Below, in pieces: positions 8,668 through 16,524 of a stretch of DNA of 30,351 nucleotides. Made by a program: the position numbers and the translations under genes. A model generated the notes under the pieces. It was given only the letters and a program-made list of their open reading frames with translations. It was not told where the DNA came from and made no database searches. This DNA comes from Acidimicrobiales bacterium (lineage in GTDB: Bacteria > Actinomycetota > Acidimicrobiia > Acidimicrobiales > Palsa-688): the NCBI GenBank assembly GCA_036501785.1, contig DASXZS010000224.1:1-30351 (forward strand). Reading direction: 5' to 3'. Numbering within the stretch: the first letter of the stretch is position 1; every line of letters starts with the position of its first letter.

Positions 8668-10991
8668 GCATTCGGGATTCCCGTCCAGACGGCCAGCCGT
8701 CCGTCCACCTGCCCCGCCACCACGGGGACGTCCGCAAACCACGTCACCCGGTCGATCTGAGCGGCTTCCGCTCCCTGCCAGGGCACGCCGGTGGTGTCCA
8801 GCCGTTGCCACGATGCGCCCGCATCGGAGGAACGCCACAGGCCGGACGCCGCGGTCGGGAGGCCCGCGCCGGCGGCGCCCGCCACCGCCAGCCAGGCTGG
8901 GACGCCGCGGGCCACGTCGTCGGCGGGGAACGGGAAGGCCGGGCCGAAGGGGCTCGACGTTTGTGGGGCCCAGCTTCGCCCGGACGACGAGCGCCAGTAC
9001 GCCGGCGCCGGGTTGGTGCCAGTGACGGCGATCGTTCCGAAGGCGTCGAACACCGGCGCGCCAGCGGATCCACTCGAGGTGGCAGTGGACCCCGGCGGCG
9101 TGGTGGGCGTCGCCGAGGCCGACCGCAGGGACGCGGCCGTGCATCCGGCGATGATGTCGGAGCTGGCGAGTCGGCCGTCGGGTGCGACGGTCGCCGTCGT
9201 CCAGTGGACGCCGTCGCCGGACAGCCAGGCCCGGGGGACAGGGCCGCCGTGGGCCGGTTGCAGGCTGCCCACCGCCGCCACCAGGTTGGCGGTGGCGCAC
9301 ACCCCGTTGGCCTGGTCGGAGCCGGCGATGGGTCGCGGGTCGAGGGCGGTGGGGGGCCGCCAGGTCCCGCCGCCGATCCGGGCCCAGGCCACGGCTTGAT
9401 CGCCGCTGGCCGGGTGGCGCCAGCCGACCGCCACCAGGCTGTTGTCAATGGCCGTGAGGCCGGTGACCGTGGCCCCGGTGAAGACGGTGCCGGTTGCCAC
9501 CGGCGTCCACGTAAACGCATCGGTCGAGGTGAGCATCTCCACGGACGAGGCGACCGGGCCGACCGCTTGGGCGGGCTGGTCGACGTCGACCGCCAACGTC
9601 AGGGCCCCGCCGGTGTAGGCCAGCCCCGCCGGTTGGGCCACGGCCTGCACCGGTCCGAAGGTGGTCGGGTTGGTCGACGGTTCGGTCCAGGCCGCGCCTT
9701 GTTGCACCAGCAGGTGGGGTTGTCCGGGGTCGCCGTCCGCCACCACCGTTGTCGACCCGGCCACGGCCACGAGGGACGCCTGCCAGCCGGCCGAGGTAGC
9801 CGCGGCTGCGGGCAGCGCCATCTCCAACCAGTGCTCTCCGTCGGTAGACCGCCACAACCGCGACGCCGTGGGACCGCTGCCGGTCGCGACCAGGGTCGCC
9901 GTTCGCGGGCCGGTGGGGATGGCGGTCAGGGCCGACACGGTGCCGTCGGACGCGTCCGGCTGCGGTCGGGCGCCGAGCACGAAGGCGGAGGACGGTTGGC
10001 TCCAGCTCGCCCCATTGGGGGAGATCCACGCCGCCGGCGACCAGTGGGTTCCGACCCGCTGGCCTCCGACGGCGACGAGGCCGACGCCTAGCGTGCCGAG
10101 TGAGGCCAGCCCGGTGATGATGCGGTCGCCTGGCCCCGCGAACGCCGTCTGGGCCGAGAGGACCGGATGCCAGTTGAGCCCGTCACCGGTCGACCACAGC
10201 GCAGCCGCGATCGAGGACCCGTTACGAACCCATCCGCCGGCGTAGGCCCCGTCGGGAGCGGCGAGCAAGGTGGTGATGTGGGGGTCGTTGGCCCCGCCGA
10301 TCGTCCGTTCGGCGGCGGTCAGCTGCGTCCAGCGCCGCCCGTTGCTCGAATACCACAAGGCCACGTGCCCGCCGACCGTGCCGGCGGCGAACAGACCGAG
10401 CGGGCCGCCGGCCACCGTTGTCATGGTGGCGTCCCCGGTCAGCTGGTCGTTGGTGGCCCGTACGTCCGCGGCGACCTCCACGAAGGGGGCGCCGGGCCCG
10501 GTCGAGATCCACGCGGCCGCCCGCCGATTGGGGGCGCGGCCGATCGAACCGACGATGACGGTGGCCGTGCGCCAGGTGGCGGCCGCGCCGGCCTGACTGT
10601 CCACCTGGGGCCCGGTCAACGCGGCCGCCGTCCACACCGTGCCATTCGCCGATGTCCACACCGTGGCGGTGCTGCTGCCGTCCGCGGCCAGGCGGGTGCC
10701 GGCGACGGTCCATTGCCGACCGCCGCTCGGAGCCACCACTGCGGCCAGGGTGCTGGACGCCCCACCTCCGACGGCGAGCGCCGGGCTGGCGGCCCGGGTC
10801 CACTCGTAGGGACCAGTGTCAGGTCGGGTGGTGGCGGTGACGGCCGTCGTGGCGGTGGTGGCCGGGGTGGTCGGGGTCGGCGGCACGGCCCGGTGACTGC
10901 CGCTGCTGCAACCTGCGAGGGCCCCGCCGGTGAGCAGGACAGCCGCGGTGACGGCAGCCACCGTCGCCGCGGTTCGGGTTGGGGCTGGCAT
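8664..10991 (-). CDS. Large lipoprotein with about 10 Asp-box/BNR-like W-x-S-x-(D/N)-G-x-x-W repeats (probable beta-propellers)
   Basis: Signal peptide with lipobox LAG|C and a Pro/Thr linker. Repeats include WTSANGTVW, WYSSNGRRW, WSTGDGLNW, WISPNGASW, WRSTDGEHW, WLSGDGVHW, WRSSSGRSW, WRSSDAGASW. Confidence 0.85.
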   Translation of the reverse strand: MPAPTRTAATVAAVTAAVLLTGGALAGCSSGSHRAVPPTPTTPATTATTAVTATTRPDTGPYEWTRAASPALAVGGGASSTLAAVVAPSGGRQWTVAGTRLAADGSSTATVWTSANGTVWTAAALTGPQVDSQAGAAATWRTATVIVGSIGRAPNRRAAAWISTGPGAPFVEVAADVRATNDQLTGDATMTTVAGGPLGLFAAGTVGGHVALWYSSNGRRWTQLTAAERTIGGANDPHITTLLAAPDGAYAGGWVRNGSSIAAALWSTGDGLNWHPVLSAQTAFAGPGDRIITGLASLGTLGVGLVAVGGQRVGTHWSPAAWISPNGASWSQPSSAFVLGARPQPDASDGTVSALTAIPTGPRTATLVATGSGPTASRLWRSTDGEHWLEMALPAAAATSAGWQASLVAVAGSTTVVADGDPGQPHLLVQQGAAWTEPSTNPTTFGPVQAVAQPAGLAYTGGALTLAVDVDQPAQAVGPVASSVEMLTSTDAFTWTPVATGTVFTGATVTGLTAIDNSLVAVGWRHPASGDQAVAWARIGGGTWRPPTALDPRPIAGSDQANGVCATANLVAAVGSLQPAHGGPVPRAWLSGDGVHWTTATVAPDGRLASSDIIAGCTAASLRSASATPTTPPGSTATSSGSAGAPVFDAFGTIAVTGTNPAPAYWRSSSGRSWAPQTSSPFGPAFPFPADDVARGVPAWLAVAGAAGAGLPTAASGLWRSSDAGASWQRLDTTGVPWQGAEAAQIDRVTWFADVPVVAGQVDGRLAVWTGIPNA

Positions 10992-11002
10992 CGGGGCGCC
11001 GG

Positions 11003-11368
11003 TCAGCGGTTGCTCAGATGGAACCCGTCATCGCCACGCCGTCTCCAGACCTGCCACCAGCGCTTTCCGGACCGGTCGCCTTCCACCTCGGCGACGATCT
11101 CTGGACCGGCTGCCGTGACGATGGCGTCGGCCTCATCGAGGAGGTGGGTCACATCCTCGGCCGGCTCGTCGGGCTCCTCCTCGACCTGGGGGCGAGCGAG
11201 TGAGCCGACCACAAAGCTTCCGTCGATGATGTCCCGCTGATAGCTGGCGCAGTTGTCGGGACAACGCCACGGTGCTTCGGGTGCCAGGTTGAGCACGCAG
11301 AAGCGGGCCACCTCTCCGGTGTCGTACGTACGGCTCTGGAAGTGGCGGCAGTCCTCACGCATCGTCAC
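11003..11368 (-). CDS. Small hypothetical protein with four Cys (about 120 aa)
   Basis: GTG 11368 or ATG 11362: MREDCRHFQSRTYDTGEVARFCVLNLAPEAPWRCPDNCASY..., acidic middle, basic Trp-rich tail. Coding-like GC3 and an 11-bp gap to the lipoprotein gene. Confidence 0.75.
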   Translation of the reverse strand: MTMREDCRHFQSRTYDTGEVARFCVLNLAPEAPWRCPDNCASYQRDIIDGSFVVGSLARPQVEEEPDEPAEDVTHLLDEADAIVTAAGPEIVAEVEGDRSGKRWWQVWRRRGDDGFHLSNR

Positions 11369-11470
11369 GCGCCCATGCTGACAGGTCCGCCCGCCCGCGC
11401 GCCCGTCAGCCTGGGTGCCACCCCGCCGGGTGCCCAATGGCCAGCGGTGTGATGTCGCTACACTGCCGTG

Positions 11471-11902
11471 ATGGCGGCCACCACCGCTCCGACCCTCAGC
11501 AGTCAGCTGCGCCTGGCAGTGCTGCGCCTGTCGCGCCGCCTCCGTCAGCAGACGACGGGCGACATCACGGCCTCGCAGTTGTCCGCGCTGGCCACCGTCG
11601 TCAAACACGGTGAGGTTTCGCTCGGCGAGCTCGCCGCCATCGAACGCATCGCCCCGCCCTCGATGACGCGCATCGCGGCCCGCCTCGAGGAGCAGGGATT
11701 GCTCGAGCGGCGCATCGACGTGGCCGACCGACGGGTCTCTCGGGTGGCGGTGTCCGCGGCGGGGGTCGCCCTGCTCGCCGAAAATCGGACCCGCCGCGAT
11801 GCCTTTCTGGCCGCCCGGCTGCAGGAATTCACAGCGGACGAGCGCGCCGTGTTAGACAAGGCGGTTCCCCTCCTGGAGCGGTTGGCGTCCGAGGACGCCT
11901 GA
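11471..11902 (+). CDS. MarR family transcriptional regulator
   Basis: wHTH pattern SLGELAAIERIAPPSMTRIAARLEEQGLLERRIDVADRR. TACACT -10 lies 6 nt before ATG 11471 (alternative GTG 11468). Confidence 0.92.
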   Translation: MAATTAPTLSSQLRLAVLRLSRRLRQQTTGDITASQLSALATVVKHGEVSLGELAAIERIAPPSMTRIAARLEEQGLLERRIDVADRRVSRVAVSAAGVALLAENRTRRDAFLAARLQEFTADERAVLDKAVPLLERLASEDA

Positions 11903-11908
11903 CCGGGG

Positions 11909-12119
11909 CTACAGGGGGTACAGGGGCAGGTCGCCGGTAGCGGTCCGGGTGCTGCCGTGATCGCGGTAGGCGCTGATGGCATTGCGGGCGATGGTCATCT
12001 GGTGGACCTCGTCCGCGCCGTAGGCGAAACGGCTCCACCGGGCCTGCTGGAGCATGCCCGCCAGCGGGGTGTCGGTCGAGTAGCCGAGGGCACCGTCAGA
12101 AGGTGAAATCGATGGCCAT
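11909..12119 (-). pseudogene. Acyl-CoA dehydrogenase remnant: N-terminus fused out of frame to C-terminus
   Basis: ATG 12119 gives MAIDFTF then TGA. The shifted frame from 12097 gives DGALGYSTDTPLAGMLQQARWSRFAYGADEVHQMTIARNAISAYRDHGSTRTATGDLPLYPL*, a recognisable ACAD C-terminus. Confidence 0.85.
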
Positions 12120-12124
12120 GGTGG

Positions 12125-14140
12125 TCAGTCCGTTCGGCTCGGGCCGGTGCCGTCATGGGCCAGCGTGATGAAAGGCTCCAGGCTCTCGGGGTTGCCCACC
12201 GACGCTACGGACAGGGCGTCAGCAGGGGGGACGCCGCTCAGGATGCGCTTGACGGGGACCTCCAGCTTCTTGCCGGAGAGGGTCCGGGGGATCGCCGGCA
12301 CCATGACGATGCGATCGGGCACGTGCCGGGGCGACAGCTCCCGGCGCAGGGCGGCGCGCAGGCGGCCGGCGAGGTCGTCGTCGGCTCTGTCGTTCTGTGG
12401 CGATGGGTCGCCCTGCGGTGCGGGCCCGGCCGGGACCACGAAGAGCCACAGCTCGCCCGGTCCGCCGCTGGCGTCGTCGAGATGCACGACCAGGCTGTCG
12501 CCGACGTCGTCGAAGGCCTCCACCACGGCGTAGAACTCGGCCGTGCCCATGCGCACCCCGCCGCGATTGAGGGTGCCGTCCGAGCGGCCAGTGATGACGA
12601 TGGTGCCCCGATCGGTGAGGGTGGCCCGGTCGCCGTGGGCCCACACGCCGGGGAACCGCTCGAAGTAGGTGGAGCGGTAGCGGCTGCGGTCCCGGTCACC
12701 CCAGAAACCCACGGGCATGGACGGGAGGGGCGCGGTCAGCACCAGTTCTCCCTCCTGGCCGATCACCGGCTTGCCGTGGTCGTCGAAGACCTCCACCCCC
12801 GCGCCCAGGCAGCGGCAGGAGATCTCGCCGGCCCACACCGGGTGCAGCGGGCTGGCACCCACGAACCCGGTGCAGACGTCGGTGCCACCGCTAAAGGAGG
12901 CGAGCAGGATGTCGCGGGCGACCTCGCGGTACACCCATTCGGTCCCCGCGGCCGGCAGGGGCGACCCGGTCGATCCGAGCGTCTGCAGGGCCGTCAGGTC
13001 GTGCTGGGCGCCCGGTCGCAATCCGGCCTTCATGTTGGCGACGAGGTAGCCGGCGCCCACCCCACCGCACGTGGTGCGGGTCTCGGCCATCACGGTCCAG
13101 AGAGAATCGGCCGCCGGCCAGGAGGGGTTGCCGTCGAAGGTCACCACGGTGGCGCCCACCAGCAGGCCCGAGACGCAGAAGTTCCACATCATCCAGCCGG
13201 TCGTCGTGTACCAGAAGAAGCGGTCGCCCGGCCCGAGGTCGAAGTGCCACCCCAGGGCCTTGACGTGTTCGAGCAGGATCCCCCCGTGCCCGTGCACGAT
13301 GGGCTTGGGCTGGCCAGTGGTTCCCGAGGAGTACAGGACGTACAGGGGGTGGTCGAACGGCACGGGCAGGAACTGCATGGGCCCGGCCCGGGCCGTGAAC
13401 TCGTCCCACCCGATCCAGCCCTGCGGGGAGGGGTCATCGGGATGCAGGTAGCCGAGCCACACCGCCTGGGTGACCGTGGGTAGTCCGGCTCGGATGGCCC
13501 GGTTTTCGGTGCCGCGCTCGATGGGGTGGCTGCCGTAGCGGTAACCGTCCACGGCCAGCAGCACCACCGGTTCCACCTGGGCCAGCCGGTCGAGGACACC
13601 GGTCACGCCCATCTCCGGCGAGCAACAGGTCCACACCGCGCCCACGGCGGCGGTGGCCAGCAAGGCGGCGAGGGTCTCGGGGATGTTGGGCAGGTAGCCG
13701 GCCACCCGGTCACCCGAGGTGACACCGGCCGCCACCAGCCCGGCCCGGATCCGCGCCGCGAGATCGGTGAGCTCGGCCCACGTCAGGTCCCGGTCCGGGC
13801 GGGTTTGTGAGCGGCCCAGGACGGCCGGTGTTTCGGGCCCCCCGGCCGGCGGTTGCAACGCCCGTTCGGCGTAATTGAGCCGGCCCCCGCCGAACCAGCG
13901 GGCCCCGAACACCTCGCCGTCCACCCGGGCCAGGTCGAATTCCGGCTCGGAATGCCAGGTGATATCGAACTCGTCGGCCACCGAACGCCAGAAGGACCCG
14001 GCGCTCTCCGGCGCCACCGACCACTCCCACGCCGAGTCGTAGTCGGCGAGTTCCCGCCGGACCAGGTACCCGTGCAGGCGGGACCGGGACCGGCGCTCGG
14101 GGCTCGGCTCCCAACTCGGGTGGGGGCGGGGGGGCGCCAT
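12125..14140 (-). CDS. Acetoacetate-CoA ligase
   Basis: WFGGGRLNYAE, LYVLYSSGTTGQPKPIVHGHGG, YTTTGWMMWN, SFSGGTDVCTGFVG, GRSDGTLNRGGVRMGTAE, SGKKLEVPVK. Start placed at ATG 14140. Confidence 0.95.
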   Translation of the reverse strand: MAPPRPHPSWEPSPERRSRSRLHGYLVRRELADYDSAWEWSVAPESAGSFWRSVADEFDITWHSEPEFDLARVDGEVFGARWFGGGRLNYAERALQPPAGGPETPAVLGRSQTRPDRDLTWAELTDLAARIRAGLVAAGVTSGDRVAGYLPNIPETLAALLATAAVGAVWTCCSPEMGVTGVLDRLAQVEPVVLLAVDGYRYGSHPIERGTENRAIRAGLPTVTQAVWLGYLHPDDPSPQGWIGWDEFTARAGPMQFLPVPFDHPLYVLYSSGTTGQPKPIVHGHGGILLEHVKALGWHFDLGPGDRFFWYTTTGWMMWNFCVSGLLVGATVVTFDGNPSWPAADSLWTVMAETRTTCGGVGAGYLVANMKAGLRPGAQHDLTALQTLGSTGSPLPAAGTEWVYREVARDILLASFSGGTDVCTGFVGASPLHPVWAGEISCRCLGAGVEVFDDHGKPVIGQEGELVLTAPLPSMPVGFWGDRDRSRYRSTYFERFPGVWAHGDRATLTDRGTIVITGRSDGTLNRGGVRMGTAEFYAVVEAFDDVGDSLVVHLDDASGGPGELWLFVVPAGPAPQGDPSPQNDRADDDLAGRLRAALRRELSPRHVPDRIVMVPAIPRTLSGKKLEVPVKRILSGVPPADALSVASVGNPESLEPFITLAHDGTGPSRTD

Positions 14141-14217
14141 GGCTGGTATTCGATCAGCTCCGGGGAGACGGCAACCACTCCATCGGTAGCCGAGATATGT
14201 CATGTGACGAATGTCTC

Positions 14218-14247
14218 TTGACCCGATAGTGAAAGATGGCGCATAAT
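14218..14247 (+). promoter_or_regulatory. Sigma70-like promoter
   Basis: TTGACC-N18-CATAAT within an AT-richer intergenic patch. Confidence 0.55.
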
Positions 14248-14291
14248 GGTGAGTGCTCGGGTCGAAATCCCCCCTTCGTCCCTTGAGCTTC

Positions 14292-14325
14292 ACGAAGGAC
14301 CGGCACCCCCCCGCCGGTCCTTCGT
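14292..14325. terminator. Strong hairpin (terminator or attenuator candidate)
   Basis: Perfect 13-bp stem ACGAAGGACCGGC / GCCGGTCCTTCGT with an 8-nt loop and no U-tract. Confidence 0.55.
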
Positions 14326-14585
14326 CGCGTCGACGCCCAGGGCCAGTGGCTCGACCCGCTGGCCCGGCTTACATGTGGGCGTTCTTCGTAGACCGGGCCA
14401 CGGTGCCATTCGCCACGGCCGTTGCCGAGGACGACCAGCTCACCCCCGAAGGCGATCACACCGTGGTGCAGTTGACCCTCGCCATCGACCCCCGCGGCCG
14501 AGGATGCTGAGCGCCCCTCCACGACACGGCTCGGCTGGGCTTGCCCCTGTGACGCCCGACACCTACGCTGGCGAGCAGAGGGGGC
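14326..14585 (+). pseudogene. Possible decayed gene fragment or small ORF (14374-14510 core)
   Basis: Short GC3-rich reading segments in different frames (VDAQGQWLDPLARL / YMWAFFVDRATVPFATAVAEDDQLTPEGDHTVVQLTLAIDP / APVTPDTYAGEQ). Family not recognised. Confidence 0.3.
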
Positions 14586-14645
14586 GTTCGGGCGAGGCTG
14601 GCCGCGTGCCCCCGGGGGGAGGGACGGGCCGCCTCGGCCCGAACG
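14585..14645. other. Long imperfect inverted repeat upstream of the K+ channel gene
   Basis: CGTTCGGGC-GAGGC-T-GGCC ... GGCC-GCCTC-G-GCCCGAACG. Confidence 0.55.
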
Positions 14646-14690
14646 TAAACGGCAGGAAGAGCGCGACTGGCCTGCAGGTCACAATGGGGC

Positions 14691-15722
14691 ATGCCAAGGC
14701 GCCGGATGTCCCGCCACCGCCTCGAGCACCGTGGGCGGCTGTATGTCGGGATGTTGGGCCTGGTGCTAGTGCTGGTGGCCGGCACGATCGGCTATCTCGG
14801 GTTCGGGCTCGGCTTCAACGACGCCTTCTTCCAGACGGTGATCACCGTCAGCACGGTCGGGTTCGGGGAGGCCCGGCCTTTCGGCACCGGCGAGAAGTAC
14901 TTCACCATCGGGTTGATCCTCGTCGGCGTGGCCACCGCCGCCTACACGTTCGGTGTGGCTATCGACACCCTCGTCGAGGGCTACCTCGGCGGCACCTTTA
15001 GGAGGCGCAGGATGGAACGCCAGATCGAGGACATGCACGGCCACACCATCCTCTGCGGATGGGGCCGGGTGGGCCAGGCCATCGCCCGCCGGCTGGTGGC
15101 GTCGATGGCCGACGTGGTGGTCATCGACTCGTCGCTCGCCCGCATCGCCACCGTGGACTCGCCGTACGTCCAAGGTGACGCCACCGACGAAGCGGTGCTG
15201 CGCGCCGCGGGCATTGCCCGGGCCCGGGTGCTGATCACCGCGCTCAACACCGACGCCGACAACCTGTACGCCACCCTCACCGCCCGTTCCATGGGCCCGG
15301 ATCTCTTCATCGTGTCGCGGGCGGCGTCGGAGTCGGCGGTGCCCAAGCTGCTGTACGCGGGTGCTGACCGGGTCGTCAACCCCCAGGACCTGGGCGGGGC
15401 TCGCATGGCGGCCTTCGCAGTGCAGCCGCATGTGGCGGAATTTCTCGACGTGGTGATGCACGACGGCAGCATGGAGCTGCGCCTGGAGGAGATCGAGGTC
15501 CCAGTGGGCTCACCCCTCGCTGGCGAGACCTTGCGCAGCGCCCGGGTGCACGACCGCACCGGCACCTTGGTCCTGGCCATGCGCAACCCCGGCAAGGAGT
15601 TCCGCACCAACCCGCCACCGACCGCCCAGATCATCGGCGGGGACGTCCTCATCGTGATCGGCGATCCCGAGCAGGTCGGCGCCCTGCGGGCCTTGGCGCT
15701 CGGCAACGGGCAGCGGACCTAG
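14691..15722 (+). CDS. Potassium channel protein (2TM pore with TrkA-N/RCK-N and RCK-C domains)
   Basis: Filter TVSTVGFG, ILCGWGRVG Rossmann motif, GDAT, AGADRVVNP. Start at ATG 14691 or 14706. Confidence 0.93.
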   Translation: MPRRRMSRHRLEHRGRLYVGMLGLVLVLVAGTIGYLGFGLGFNDAFFQTVITVSTVGFGEARPFGTGEKYFTIGLILVGVATAAYTFGVAIDTLVEGYLGGTFRRRRMERQIEDMHGHTILCGWGRVGQAIARRLVASMADVVVIDSSLARIATVDSPYVQGDATDEAVLRAAGIARARVLITALNTDADNLYATLTARSMGPDLFIVSRAASESAVPKLLYAGADRVVNPQDLGGARMAAFAVQPHVAEFLDVVMHDGSMELRLEEIEVPVGSPLAGETLRSARVHDRTGTLVLAMRNPGKEFRTNPPPTAQIIGGDVLIVIGDPEQVGALRALALGNGQRT

Positions 15723-15740
15723 CCGATCCTGGCCTACCAT

Positions 15741-15756
15741 ACGAACAGACGTTCGA
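15741..15756. promoter_or_regulatory. LexA (SOS) box
   Basis: aCGAAC-AGAC-GTTCGa matches the actinobacterial CGAAC-N4-GTTCG consensus. It overlaps the -35 region of a TAGAGT -10 (15777-15782) placed 6 nt before the imuA' GTG. Confidence 0.88.
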
Positions 15757-15788
15757 CTCCGGTGGCATCCCGGGGTTAGAGTGCACGC

Positions 15789-16508
15789 GTGGAAGACGTC
15801 GCCTCGCTGAGCCTGACCGCGGCTCGCAGCCGCCCCCTCGCCACTGCGGATACCCGCCTCCTGGCGATTCCCGGGTTGCCAGCCGGGTGCTTCCCTGAGG
15901 GCGGCATTCGCCGCGGGAGCACGCTGCGGATCAGCTTGATGCCGGGCGGAATGTCTCTGGCCCTGACGCTGGCCGCGGCGGCCACCTCGGATGGGGCTTG
16001 GGCCGCGGCCGTAGGCCTACCCTCGTTGGGGTTGTTGGCCGCGGTCGAGCTCGGGGTCCGGCTGGAGCGGTTGGCCCTGGTGCCAGCTCCGGGTGAGCGG
16101 TGGGCGGCCGTGGTAGCGGCCCTGCTGGATGGGATGGATGTGCTGCTTCTCGGACCGCCCGGTCGAGTGCGCCTCGCAGATGCCCGCCGGCTGGTCGCTC
16201 GGACCCGGGAGCAGGCGACAGTGCTGGTAGTGCTCGAGTCTCCCGGCTCGCGATGCTGGCCGGAGGCGACCGACCTGGAGCTGTCAGTGGCCGGCGCCAC
16301 CTGGGAGGGGCTGGGGATGGGGCACGGGTATCTGCGGTCCCGCCTAGTGGAAGTGGTGGTGACCGGGCGGCGGGCGGCCGCCCGGGAGCGCCGCACTGCT
16401 ATGTGGCTGCCGGACGCGGAGAGCGCTCCCGCGCCAGTGGTACCGGCACCGCTGGTGGCCGGCGCCGACCTGCGTCTCGAAGCCATCACTGCGGCCCGAG
16501 TGGGCTGA
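15789..16508 (+). CDS. imuA: ImuA'-like RecA-fold mutasome protein
   Basis: GGIRRGST..SLALTLAAAATSDGAWAAAVGLPSLGLLAAVELGVRLERLALVP resembles mycobacterial ImuA'. It has an SOS box upstream and imuB downstream. Confidence 0.85.
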   Translation: MEDVASLSLTAARSRPLATADTRLLAIPGLPAGCFPEGGIRRGSTLRISLMPGGMSLALTLAAAATSDGAWAAAVGLPSLGLLAAVELGVRLERLALVPAPGERWAAVVAALLDGMDVLLLGPPGRVRLADARRLVARTREQATVLVVLESPGSRCWPEATDLELSVAGATWEGLGMGHGYLRSRLVEVVVTGRRAAARERRTAMWLPDAESAPAPVVPAPLVAGADLRLEAITAARVG

Positions 16509-16524
16509 ACAGACGAGGACGACG

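Noticed and set aside
14199-14208. GTCA-TG-TGAC palindrome in the AACS divergent region
   Set aside because: Too short (4-bp arms) to distinguish from chance.
14256-14282. CTCGGGTCGAAATCCCCCCTTCG resembles a tRNA T-arm or att site
   Set aside because: No D-arm, anticodon arm or acceptor stem can be built, the TTC of the T-loop is absent, and no integrase is nearby.
14560-14690. c-di-AMP (ydaO) riboswitch upstream of the K+ channel
   Set aside because: Only CCCGAAC is shared. The conserved GCTGAATCC, GGGGTGAA and CCGTCAGCTAAC elements are absent.
16507-16515. GAACAGACG between imuA' and imuB, identical to part of the SOS box
   Set aside because: The right half-site is GAGG rather than GTTC, so it is a half-site only and likely chance.
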